Source: an uncultured Bacilli bacterium (GTDB lineage: Bacteria > Bacillota_I > Bacilli_A > RF39 > UBA660). From it: DNA of 53,852 nucleotides. Below are positions 17,318-25,466 of the stretch, piece after piece (within the stretch, counting starts at the first letter, position 1; the number at the start of each line of letters is the position of its first letter). The notes beneath the pieces are model-generated. The model did no database searches. It saw only the letters and a program-made list of their open reading frames with translations, and was not told where the DNA came from. The translations under genes and the position numbers were made by a program. The stretch spans positions 1 through 53,852 of the forward strand of contig CALVXC010000003.1 of the NCBI GenBank assembly GCA_944368805.1, given 5' to 3'.

Positions 17318-18103
17318 ATGGAATTTAAAATAGGTGATTTAGTAACAAGAAATTCTTATAATAATGATATGGTTTTTACTATTATCGATATTAAAGATGA
17401 TATTTGTTATTTAAAAGGAATTAATATTAGATTGTATGCTGATAGTAGTATGGAAGATTTACAAAAATATGATGAAAATGAAGATATTGAAGAAGAAAAA
17501 CCTTTTTTAGATCGCATTAAAGAAAAATGTGATTTAAATCGCAACGATTATTTTTATCTTCCTGGTAAAATTCTTCATATTGATGGAGATAGTGATTATT
17601 TAAATAGATGTTTAAAATATTATGATGATATTAATATAGCAGCTATGGGAGTTAAGGAAACAGAAGAAGAAATTCCTTATAAAATTAGAGATTTATTAGA
17701 AGAATATAATCCTAATATTGTTGTTATTACAGGTCATGATGCATATTACAAGCGCAAAGGATCTATTGATAATTTAGATTCTTATAAAAATAGTCGTAAT
17801 TTTGTCGAAGCAATTAAAGAAGCTAGAAGATTCGAAAATAGTCATGAAAAATTAATTATTATAGCTGGAGCGTGTCAATCAGATTATGAAGAGCTTATAA
17901 AAGCTGGCGCTAATTTTGCTTCTAGTCCTAAAAGAATTAATATTCATGCTTTAGATCCAGCTATTATAGCTTCCAAAATGAGTTTATCAGATATTACACA
18001 AGATATTGATTTAAAAGGGATTTTGGAACATACTAAATATGGTAAAGATGGTATGGGTGGAATTAAAACGAAAGGAACTATGTATGTAGGATATCCTAGG
18101 TGA
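17318..18103 (+). CDS. yabG: sporulation-specific peptidase YabG
   Basis: N-terminus MEFKIGDLVTRNSYNNDMVFTIIDI resembles the YabG N-terminus. ITGHDAY and GACQS motifs. Sits directly upstream of veg, as in Bacillus. ATG 17318 behind GGGTGA. Confidence 0.85.
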   Translation: MEFKIGDLVTRNSYNNDMVFTIIDIKDDICYLKGINIRLYADSSMEDLQKYDENEDIEEEKPFLDRIKEKCDLNRNDYFYLPGKILHIDGDSDYLNRCLKYYDDINIAAMGVKETEEEIPYKIRDLLEEYNPNIVVITGHDAYYKRKGSIDNLDSYKNSRNFVEAIKEARRFENSHEKLIIIAGACQSDYEELIKAGANFASSPKRINIHALDPAIIASKMSLSDITQDIDLKGILEHTKYGKDGMGGIKTKGTMYVGYPR

Positions 18104-18107
18104 AAAG

Positions 18108-18329
18108 ATGAATATTGACATTGTTAAAGAAGAACTAAATAATCATATTGGTAAAGATGTAACAATTAAATATAATTTAGGAAGAAATAAATATGAAAGT
18201 TATAATGTACGAATTAAAGAATTATATAATTATATATTTTTAGTAGAGATGTTAGATAACGATAATTCTAAAATAAAATCATTTTCCTATTCGGATATAA
18301 TTACTAAAACGATAAAAATTGACTATTAA
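18108..18329 (+). CDS. veg: biofilm/sporulation-associated protein Veg
   Basis: 73 aa. ...GKDVTIKYNLGRNKYESYNVRIKELYNYIFLVEM...FSYSDIITKTIKI parallels Bacillus Veg. Confidence 0.85.
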   Translation: MNIDIVKEELNNHIGKDVTIKYNLGRNKYESYNVRIKELYNYIFLVEMLDNDNSKIKSFSYSDIITKTIKIDY

Positions 18330-18363
18330 TTGACAAAAATTTACATATTTCGACCAAAAAGGG

Positions 18364-18392
18364 TTGCATTTTCATGAAAAGTAATATATACT
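18364..18392 (+). promoter_or_regulatory. promoter upstream of spoVG
   Basis: TTGCAT (18364-18369), 17-nt spacer, TATACT (18387-18392). A second TATACT at 18408-18413 lies inside an imperfect direct repeat. Confidence 0.5.
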
Positions 18393-18429
18393 GAAAGTGT
18401 AATACTATATACTGAAGGGAGAGATATAC

Positions 18430-18687
18430 TTGAAAATCACATCAGTCAATGTGCGTAAGGTTGAGAAAGAAGATTCTAGAATGAAAGGAACTGCTTCAGT
18501 TTTAATTGATGATTGTTTCGCGATTCACGATATTAGAATTATCGAAGGTGATAATGGTTTATTTATCGCTATGCCAAGCCGTAAAACAGCAACTGGCGGT
18601 TATAGAGATATAGCCCATCCAATTAACCAAGAAGCTAGAAAAATGTTCGAAGACGAAATTTTGGAAGCTTATAGAAATGAAGAATAA
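18430..18687 (+). CDS. spoVG: septation/RNA-binding protein SpoVG
   Basis: TTG start behind GGGAGAG. HDIRIIEGDNGLFIAMPSRKT...YRDIAHPIN closely parallels SpoVG. Confidence 0.95.
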   Translation: MKITSVNVRKVEKEDSRMKGTASVLIDDCFAIHDIRIIEGDNGLFIAMPSRKTATGGYRDIAHPINQEARKMFEDEILEAYRNEE

Positions 18688-18706
18688 CTCCTTTGGAGTT
18701 TTTTTT
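18686..18706 (+). terminator. intrinsic terminator after spoVG
   Basis: AACTCC-TTT-GGAGTT followed by eight T. Confidence 0.65.
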
Positions 18707-18754
18707 GTGATATTTTGTTTATTTTAAACATATTATTATACTAGGAGGAATAAT

Positions 18755-19048
18755 ATGGACAAGATAGAATCACAAATACAATCATTTAATCATAGTATTA
18801 ATATTGTTGAAAGAAAAAATATTATTATTAGTGGTGTTAAAAAAATAGAAAATTTTGATAGTGAAGAGTTTTTGTTAGAAACAACAATGGGGTTTGTTAT
18901 TATTAAAGGTAGTGATTTGGAAATAATTAAATTAGATACTTATCAAGGGAATGTATCGATTAAAGGTCATATTAATAGTTTAAATTATATGGAAAATCTT
19001 AATAAAAAAAATAAAGATGAAGGAGTATTTAGTAAATTATTTAAATAA
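18755..19048 (+). CDS. yabP: sporulation protein YabP
   Basis: ISGVKKIENFDSEEFLLETTMGFVIIKGSDLEI..L....G.VSIKG pattern. Synteny with yabQ and divIC. Confidence 0.85.
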   Translation: MDKIESQIQSFNHSINIVERKNIIISGVKKIENFDSEEFLLETTMGFVIIKGSDLEIIKLDTYQGNVSIKGHINSLNYMENLNKKNKDEGVFSKLFK

Positions 19049-19347
19049 TGGAATTAACTACTCAACTTCATTTACTTGTTTTTTCTTTTCTATATGGTGT
19101 TGTTTTTTCGATTTTAATTAATTTAAACTATAAATTTTTATATAATGAAAAAAAATTATTAAAAACAATTTTTACCATTGTTTTTGTTTTAGTAAATGTT
19201 TTAATATATTTTTTGATTTTACTTAAAATAAATTATGGTATGTTACATATTTATTCACTACTTATGATTATTGTAGGTTTTGTTTTAGAAAACATTATTG
19301 AAAATAAGCTTATTCTTAAATTAGTTGCACGCTACAAGAAAAAATGA
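19048..19347 (+). CDS. yabQ: spore cortex biosynthesis protein YabQ
   Basis: 99-aa three-TM protein. Its start overlaps the yabP stop (TAATG). Position between yabP and divIC. Confidence 0.75.
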   Translation: MELTTQLHLLVFSFLYGVVFSILINLNYKFLYNEKKLLKTIFTIVFVLVNVLIYFLILLKINYGMLHIYSLLMIIVGFVLENIIENKLILKLVARYKKK

Positions 19348-19377
19348 TATAATCACATAGTAAGGATGGTGAAAAAT

Positions 19378-19827
19378 ATGGCTAAGCGTAATAAGAAAAT
19401 TAGTAAAGCTTCTAAACGGCGTTTAGCCTTTTTAGCACCTTTATGTGTTTTAGCTTTTGTTTATTTATCATTTTGTTTGTTTTCTTCAGCGGTTAAGTTA
19501 TATAATTTGAAACAAGAAAAAATAAGTTTAGATAATGAACTTACTAAATTAAAAGAAGATGAAGAAGAGTTAAAAATTGAAATTGATCGATTAAATGATC
19601 CAGATTATTTAGCTAGATATGCTAGAGAAAATTATTTATATTCTAAAGATGGCGAATATGTTATTAAGATTGAAGATGATGATAATCAAGAAGAAGAAAC
19701 AGTTAAACAAATTAATATTAATGCGGATATTGTAATTATTGTTTCAGCTATTTTGTTATTAATTATCTTATTAATAATTTTGCGCAGAAGAAAGAAAAAG
19801 AAGAAAAAGAAAAAAACCACGCGTTAG
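19378..19827 (+). CDS. divIC: septum formation initiator DivIC/FtsB family, with an extra C-terminal TM and a poly-Lys tail
   Basis: N-terminal TM, coiled coil (LKQEKISLDNELTKLKEDEEELKIEIDRLNDPDY), then a second hydrophobic helix and RRRKKKKKKKK. ATG 19378 behind GGATGGTGA. Confidence 0.8.
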   Translation: MAKRNKKISKASKRRLAFLAPLCVLAFVYLSFCLFSSAVKLYNLKQEKISLDNELTKLKEDEEELKIEIDRLNDPDYLARYARENYLYSKDGEYVIKIEDDDNQEEETVKQININADIVIIVSAILLLIILLIILRRRKKKKKKKKTTR

Positions 19828-19835
19828 TGGTTTTT
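19812..19835. terminator. bidirectional intrinsic terminator
   Basis: AAAAACCAC-GCGTTA-GTGGTTTTT spans the 3' ends of the convergent divIC and lemA genes. Confidence 0.75.
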
Positions 19836-20379
19836 ATAATTTAAAGTCATTTATTTTATCATCGGTCATATCTTTACCATCAAAATAAGTCTTTTGCTTA
19901 TAGCCACATAATTTAGCTACAATATTAGATGGAAAGGTACGGATTATTTTGTTATAATCAGTTATAATGTCATTGTAATAGCGTCTTGATGCAACAATTT
20001 CAGCTTCTGATTCGTTTAAGTTTAATTCAATTTTGATAAAACTATCACATTTTTTTAAATCTTCATGTTCTTCTTTAATTTTGTCGAATTCATTAATACC
20101 ATCATATAATTTACGATCTAATTCAAAGTTAGTTAATTTACGTGATCTTAATTTAACAATATCTTCAAAAATTTCTTCTTTAATATCAGTATTAGCTTTA
20201 ATAATACTAATTGATTTATTTAGTAAATCAAATCTTTTTCTTAAAGTTGAATCAATACTAGCTTCAGCTTCATTAATTCTGATAATAAATGTTTGAAATT
20301 TGTTATATATAGTTACATACCATAATAACAAAAAGCAAATTACAATGAAAATCATTAAACCATACATAACTAAATCCAT
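19834..20379 (-). CDS. lemA: LemA family membrane protein
   Basis: N-terminal TM, then YNKFQ...EASIDSTLRKRFDLLNK ... RRYYNDIITDYNKIIRTFPSNIVA, typical of LemA. Confidence 0.85.
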   Translation of the reverse strand: MDLVMYGLMIFIVICFLLLWYVTIYNKFQTFIIRINEAEASIDSTLRKRFDLLNKSISIIKANTDIKEEIFEDIVKLRSRKLTNFELDRKLYDGINEFDKIKEEHEDLKKCDSFIKIELNLNESEAEIVASRRYYNDIITDYNKIIRTFPSNIVAKLCGYKQKTYFDGKDMTDDKINDFKL

Positions 20380-20419
20380 ACTATCACCAATTTAATTATA
20401 GCACGGATTTTTTTAATTT

Positions 20420-20788
20420 TCAATTACTAGGAATAAATTCTTGACTATAATTTATTGGTTCATCAAAAGTTATAAAATCAACATAGATCATTAGTAAAAG
20501 ATACCATTTTCCAGTAGCTGGATCACTTAAAATAATATGATCACGTCCTGATTGTTCAATAATACCAGAAAATTCCCGATCTCTAAATTCATTTGAATCA
20601 GGGAAGGTCATGTGAACGTGAACTTGTTTACCTTTGTTTAATCTTAAAATGTTTTCAATATAAGATTGTTCCATAGGTAATTCAAAGTTATTAGAATAAT
20701 TAGCCGCAGTAGTTTGGTTTGGTAGTGGCATATTACCGCTATATATTGGATTACCTGGAAATGTAGGATTTTGATAACTGTTGTTCAT
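20420..20788 (-). CDS. gerQ: spore coat protein GerQ
   Basis: EQSYIENILRLNKGKQVHVHMTF ... SGRDHIILSDPATGKWYLLLMIYVDFITFDE matches the conserved GerQ core. ATG 20788 behind AAGGGTGA. Confidence 0.85.
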   Translation of the reverse strand: MNNSYQNPTFPGNPIYSGNMPLPNQTTAANYSNNFELPMEQSYIENILRLNKGKQVHVHMTFPDSNEFRDREFSGIIEQSGRDHIILSDPATGKWYLLLMIYVDFITFDEPINYSQEFIPSN

Positions 20789-20938
20789 TAAAATCACCCT
20801 TTCTATAAAAACATATTAGATTTTAAAAATATTTATGATTAAATGTGTAAATACTTTTAAATAAATCTTTGCTTTAAAAAAATAAATAGTATATAATATA
20901 ATTATAGACAAAAATATATTTGATAAAAAAAAGAAAGA

Positions 20939-21514
20939 GTGATTTTATTGCAAGTTAAGGTAGGGATTTCTAATCGTCATGTTCATTTAAAAAAAGAAGA
21001 TTTAATGGTATTGTTTGGTAGTGATTATGAATTAGAAATAGCTAGAAGTTTAACGCAACCAGGTGAATTTGCTAGTACAAGTAAAGTAAAGTTAGTGGGA
21101 CCAAAAGGAGAGATTGATAATGTTAGAGTTTTAGGGCCTATTCGTAATTATACACAGGTTGAAATTTCTAAAACGGATAGTTATTTTTTAGGGTTAAATC
21201 CTCCAGTTCGTAATTCTTCTGATATTGTTAATAGTAGTCCGATTACTATTGTTGGTCCTAATGGTCGTTTGGATTTAAAAGAAGGATGTATTATAGCTAA
21301 TCGTCATCTACATTTAACTAAACAAGATGTTATTGATTTAGGTTTATCTGGTTTAAATAAAGTTAAAATTAAAGTTATTAATGAAAAAGGTGGTATTTTA
21401 GATAATGTTTATTTAAAGGTATCAGATAATTTTAAATTAGAATGTCATTTAGATACTGATGATGGGAATGGTAATTTGTTAAAAAGTGGCGATATGGTAG
21501 AAATAATAAAATAA
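20939..21514 (+). CDS. pduL: phosphate acyltransferase PduL family
   Basis: Two PduL half-domains with ISNRHVHL and IANRHLHL motifs. About 190 aa. The start codon is uncertain (GTG 20939 or TTG 20948). Confidence 0.85.
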   Translation: MILLQVKVGISNRHVHLKKEDLMVLFGSDYELEIARSLTQPGEFASTSKVKLVGPKGEIDNVRVLGPIRNYTQVEISKTDSYFLGLNPPVRNSSDIVNSSPITIVGPNGRLDLKEGCIIANRHLHLTKQDVIDLGLSGLNKVKIKVINEKGGILDNVYLKVSDNFKLECHLDTDDGNGNLLKSGDMVEIIK

Positions 21515-21622
21515 TTTTTATAAATTTAGTTTTGATTTTGCAAAATAATTTAAGTTAATTATTTACTTGTTGATTTAATTATGGTATTATTAATTAAAGA
21601 ATAATAGAAGGGATGTAAATTT

Positions 21623-22942
21623 ATGAATGAACAAAATGGAAATAATATAAATAATTCTAATGTAAGACCACAAAGTCCAAATCCTTTTAATACACCATTA
21701 AATGATAATCAATCAGTAGTGTCTAATAATAACCTTAATAATCAACCTGGTTTAGGGAATGATACTTTAAATAATCAAAGTGTGAGTACTGATATAAATA
21801 ATCAATTTGGTGGATCAAATTTATCTAGTAATTTAAATAATACTGATGATTTTACAATTGCTCAACCAACGAATCAACCAGATTTAACAAGTCAATCGTT
21901 TGAAGCAGTATCATCTTTTGATCAATTTAATCAATCAGATTTATCTAGTAACTTAAATAATACTGATGATTTTACGATTGCTCAACCAACGAATCAACCA
22001 GATTTAACAAATCAATCGTTTGAACCAGTAACGTCTTTTGAACAACCTAATCAAACATTTGAACCAGTTACTCCAGTCGAGGAAAATCCACCAACTGGGG
22101 TAGTTACTTCGATTGAACCAGTTACACCAGTTGAAGTATCTTCTTCAGTAGAACAAGTAACACCTATTACTCCAGTAGAAGAAACTCCTTCTGTTAAACC
22201 GGTTGAGCCATTAGAACCAGTTAATCCAATTCCTCCAGTAGAACCGGTTATTAATGATGTAAACAACAGTCCAGAATCAAATGTCACTAATGAGGCAATT
22301 CAATTAACAGATAAAAAAGGAAAAAAGAAACATCGTAAAGAAAAACCAGTTAAAGAAAAAAAAGGTGGGAATAAATTTATAACATTTATTTTGATTTTAA
22401 TTATTATTGGTTTAGCAGGTTATATTTTATATGATAAATTTTTGGTTGATTATTTAAATCCTAAAGATGAAACTAGTGAAAATGAAGGAACAACTGAAGA
22501 AGAAGTTACCGAAACTACGCCAGTAGTAACAGATGATGATCAGACTATGTATTTCGTTAGCGCTGATCAAAGTGTCGTTTTAATGTTAGGTGAAGATGTT
22601 GCGCAACTTAAAAATTTCGTTTTAGTTATTAATCAAAATCAAGTTAATCAATATATGACTGGTTATTATAATATAGTTAATAATCAACTTATTTTAACAA
22701 TTACAGCAGGTTGTAGTGATGCAAATGGTAATTTCACCTGTAGCTTACCACAAGGTGTAAGTCCAGTTATGGGTGAAGATGGCTTTTATTCTATTACTTT
22801 AAATTATAATACTGAACAAATATTATTCGGTGATATTGAACTAATAAATAATAGTGTTCAAAATAACGAAAATATTCAAAGCGATGAGACAGTTCAAAGT
22901 AATGAAACTGTTCAAAATGAAGAAAACCTTACTTCCGAGTAA
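21623..22942 (+). CDS. single-pass membrane protein with an N/Q/P-rich low-complexity N-terminal region
   Basis: 439 aa. About 250 aa of low complexity, a Lys-rich patch (KKGKKKHRKEKPVKEKK), the TM FITFILILIIIGLAGYILY, then a C-terminal domain of about 170 aa. No family recognised. Confidence 0.65.
   Translation: MNEQNGNNINNSNVRPQSPNPFNTPLNDNQSVVSNNNLNNQPGLGNDTLNNQSVSTDINNQFGGSNLSSNLNNTDDFTIAQPTNQPDLTSQSFEAVSSFDQFNQSDLSSNLNNTDDFTIAQPTNQPDLTNQSFEPVTSFEQPNQTFEPVTPVEENPPTGVVTSIEPVTPVEVSSSVEQVTPITPVEETPSVKPVEPLEPVNPIPPVEPVINDVNNSPESNVTNEAIQLTDKKGKKKHRKEKPVKEKKGGNKFITFILILIIIGLAGYILYDKFLVDYLNPKDETSENEGTTEEEVTETTPVVTDDDQTMYFVSADQSVVLMLGEDVAQLKNFVLVINQNQVNQYMTGYYNIVNNQLILTITAGCSDANGNFTCSLPQGVSPVMGEDGFYSITLNYNTEQILFGDIELINNSVQNNENIQSDETVQSNETVQNEENLTSE
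21815..22054 (+). repeat. two tandem 120-bp in-frame coding repeats
   Basis: Units 21815-21934 and 21935-22054 encode S(N/D)LSSNLNNTDDFTIAQPTNQPDLT(S/N)QSFE(A/P)V(S/T)SF(D/E)Q(F/P)NQ. Confidence 0.9.
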
Positions 22943-22948
22943 GGTTTT
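22923..22948. terminator. bidirectional intrinsic terminator
   Basis: AAAACCTTAC-TTCCGA-GTAAGGTTTT overlaps the stops of both convergent genes. Confidence 0.75.
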
Positions 22949-24933
22949 TAAGTGTCAGTTTTATTTTCTTCTTGATTAATAGTAGGAATTAAAGTATCTA
23001 AATTAGAAGTGGTTGATGATGGTTCAGTACCTTTAATATAATATATTAACTGTTTATGCTCGCTTTCGTTAGTAGCTAATTTTCCCGTTTTAGGTTCAAC
23101 TAAAACACCAACGACATTATCAGGAGTTTCATACCAACTTTCATCATCGTTTTTTAAATATTCTTCCATAATATTAGCCCATGCTTTTTTATTTTTACTT
23201 CCACTAGCTACTGATAATTCACGATTATCATCATAACCAGTCCACATTCCAACTAATAAATCTTTATTATAACCGAAAATTAAACTATCAGTATCAGTTG
23301 TTCCTGTTTTAATAGCGTATTTTTTAGTTAATTTAGCGGCTATTTCCATACAAGTTGGGTAATTATAATCAATAAATTCTCTTGAGTAAGAATTGGTTAA
23401 CATTTCATTTAAAACATAAACTAAACTTTTATTTAAAACGGTTGATTTACTTTTTTTATGTTCATATAAAACATTTCCGTTTTTATCTTCCACTTTAGTA
23501 ATTAAATAAGGTTTTACTTTAACTCCTTCATTAGCTAAAGTATTATAAGCTGTTATCATTTCTAAAAGATTAATTTCATTAGTACCAAGCGCTAAAGAAG
23601 GAATGGCTTTGAGTTTGGTTTCGATCCCCACTCTTTTAGCTGTATCAACTAAAGTATCTTCACCTAAAAATAAATGAGTTTTAACAGCGTAAATGTTATC
23701 AGAATAAGCCAAAGCAGTAGCCATACTAATTGGTCCATTCGCGTATTTCTCGTCGTAATTATGGGGACTATAAGTTTTATCTTCAGCAAAAGCAAAAGTT
23801 GTCTGTTCACTAGTAAAAGTTGTTGACGGCGTAAAACCATTTTCTAAAGCTGCATAATATAAAAATGGTTTTAAAGTTGATCCAACTTGTCTTTTAGCTT
23901 GAGTGGCTCTATTATACTGACTTTTACTATAATCTTTACCACCTACTAAAGCGATGATTTTTCCTGAACTAGGTTTAACCATAACGCTAGCTACTTCTAG
24001 ATCTTCATCATCAATATATTCATCGATACTATTTTCCATAATACTCTGGGCTTCTTGATCTAAATTAGTATATATTTTTAAACCACCAGTTTCTATAAAA
24101 TTTTCAGGAATTGATTTAATTTGTTTTAATTCTTCTAAAACAGCATCTTGATAATACATTAAAGTTTTTGAGCCATCTTTATCTTTAGTACCATAATAAG
24201 TTAATTGTTTATTTAAGGCTTGATTTTTTTCTTCATTAGTAATATATTCATTTTTAACCATCGAGTCTAAAATAATCTCTTGCCTTTTTTTGGCTTCACT
24301 TTCATTAATTAAAGGCGAATATTTACTAGGCCATTTAGGAATACCAGCTAACATACTAGCTTCAGCTAAAGAAAGATCTTTTGCATCTTTATTAAAATAA
24401 TAATGTGCGGCATTTTCAATTCCATAGATACCACCATAATTAATGGTATTTAGATAACCTTCTAAAATTTCATCTTTACTATAATGTGCTTCTAATTTAA
24501 TTGTCAACCAAGCTTCTTCAATTTTACGGGACCATTTTTTATCAAAATCTAAAAATAAATTTTTAGTGTATTGTTGTGATATAGTTGAAGCGCCTTGCAA
24601 TGTTTCACCGTTAGTTATATTAATATACATGGCTTTAATAATTCTTAAAAAATCGAAACCTTGATGTTTATAAAAATGTTTATCTTCAACTGAAATAGTT
24701 GCATTAATAAGGTATGGAGATATATCTTTTAATTTAACCCAATCATCATCAGTAGTACCAGAAAATAAGTTACCATCTTTATCATATAGATATATTCCAT
24801 TAGCCGATTTTATTTCTAATTTGGGCATCGCTTTAGCAACTAAATAAATACCACTATAAACAATAAGTAAAGAAATAAAAATAATTAATAATATTTTTCC
24901 GATTGTTTTTAATGTTCGCATAAAATCATCCAT
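22948..24933 (-). CDS. class A penicillin-binding protein (glycosyltransferase plus transpeptidase)
   Basis: GT51 motifs EDKHFYKHQGFD, GASTISQQ and RKIEE. Transpeptidase motifs STLKPF (SxxK), SDN and KTGTT. N-terminal TM. Confidence 0.95.
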   Translation of the reverse strand: MDDFMRTLKTIGKILLIIFISLLIVYSGIYLVAKAMPKLEIKSANGIYLYDKDGNLFSGTTDDDWVKLKDISPYLINATISVEDKHFYKHQGFDFLRIIKAMYINITNGETLQGASTISQQYTKNLFLDFDKKWSRKIEEAWLTIKLEAHYSKDEILEGYLNTINYGGIYGIENAAHYYFNKDAKDLSLAEASMLAGIPKWPSKYSPLINESEAKKRQEIILDSMVKNEYITNEEKNQALNKQLTYYGTKDKDGSKTLMYYQDAVLEELKQIKSIPENFIETGGLKIYTNLDQEAQSIMENSIDEYIDDEDLEVASVMVKPSSGKIIALVGGKDYSKSQYNRATQAKRQVGSTLKPFLYYAALENGFTPSTTFTSEQTTFAFAEDKTYSPHNYDEKYANGPISMATALAYSDNIYAVKTHLFLGEDTLVDTAKRVGIETKLKAIPSLALGTNEINLLEMITAYNTLANEGVKVKPYLITKVEDKNGNVLYEHKKSKSTVLNKSLVYVLNEMLTNSYSREFIDYNYPTCMEIAAKLTKKYAIKTGTTDTDSLIFGYNKDLLVGMWTGYDDNRELSVASGSKNKKAWANIMEEYLKNDDESWYETPDNVVGVLVEPKTGKLATNESEHKQLIYYIKGTEPSSTTSNLDTLIPTINQEENKTDT

Positions 24934-25049
24934 TCTATCTTTATTATTAGAAAAAAATAGAAAAATATTAGTTATTATTTATAAAAAAAGATAATTAATT
25001 TGCAATATATAAAAGTTAATAAAAAAATATGAAAAATTGATAAAATTTG

Positions 25050-25078
25050 TTGCATTTTATCATAACATATGTTATAGT
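25050..25078 (+). promoter_or_regulatory. promoter of the DUF1934-argS operon
   Basis: TTGCAT (25050-25055), 17-nt spacer, TGtTATAGT (-10 at 25073-25078). Confidence 0.55.
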
Positions 25079-25094
25079 TACCAAGTAAAGGTGA

Positions 25095-25466
25095 ATGTTA
25101 GTGGAAATAATGATTAAATTTTCTTTAGCTAATAAAGATTGTGAACTAGATAATATTAAAGAAACTAAAGGTTTTTTAAATGATAAAGTTATTAAGTATA
25201 ATGATGGGAATGTTATAACAGAAATTATTTTAGATAGTCCTGTTACTTTAAAAAGAGTAAATAATGATTATGAAATAGAATTAACTTTCGTCGAAAATAA
25301 AATAACTAACGGTAGTTATTTTATAAAAGATATTGATCGTAAACTTGATTTAAAAATAACAACTAAAAGATTAGTTATTAAAGATGGTCAAATTTTAATT
25401 GATTATGTTTTAGATATTAATGACGAAGAATTTAAATTCAGGTTAGATTACGAGGTGATGAAATGA
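25095..25466 (+). CDS. DUF1934 (YwiB-like) beta-barrel protein
   Basis: Small protein directly upstream of argS and overlapping it, as ywiB does in Bacillus. Alternating beta-strand pattern. The start may be ATG 25110. Confidence 0.65.
   Translation: MLVEIMIKFSLANKDCELDNIKETKGFLNDKVIKYNDGNVITEIILDSPVTLKRVNNDYEIELTFVENKITNGSYFIKDIDRKLDLKITTKRLVIKDGQILIDYVLDINDEEFKFRLDYEVMK

Noticed and set aside
20033-20296. 87-aa ORF antisense to lemA
   Set aside because: It lies opposite a well-supported LemA frame, and its sequence is low complexity.
20939-21514. PduL as a marker of a bacterial microcompartment locus
   Set aside because: No shell protein, signature enzyme or encapsulation-peptide genes lie within the neighbouring 10 kb.
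22051-22287. 78-aa Gly/Thr/Ser-rich ORF antisense to the PVEP repeat region
   Set aside because: It is a by-product of the repetitive sense-strand codons.
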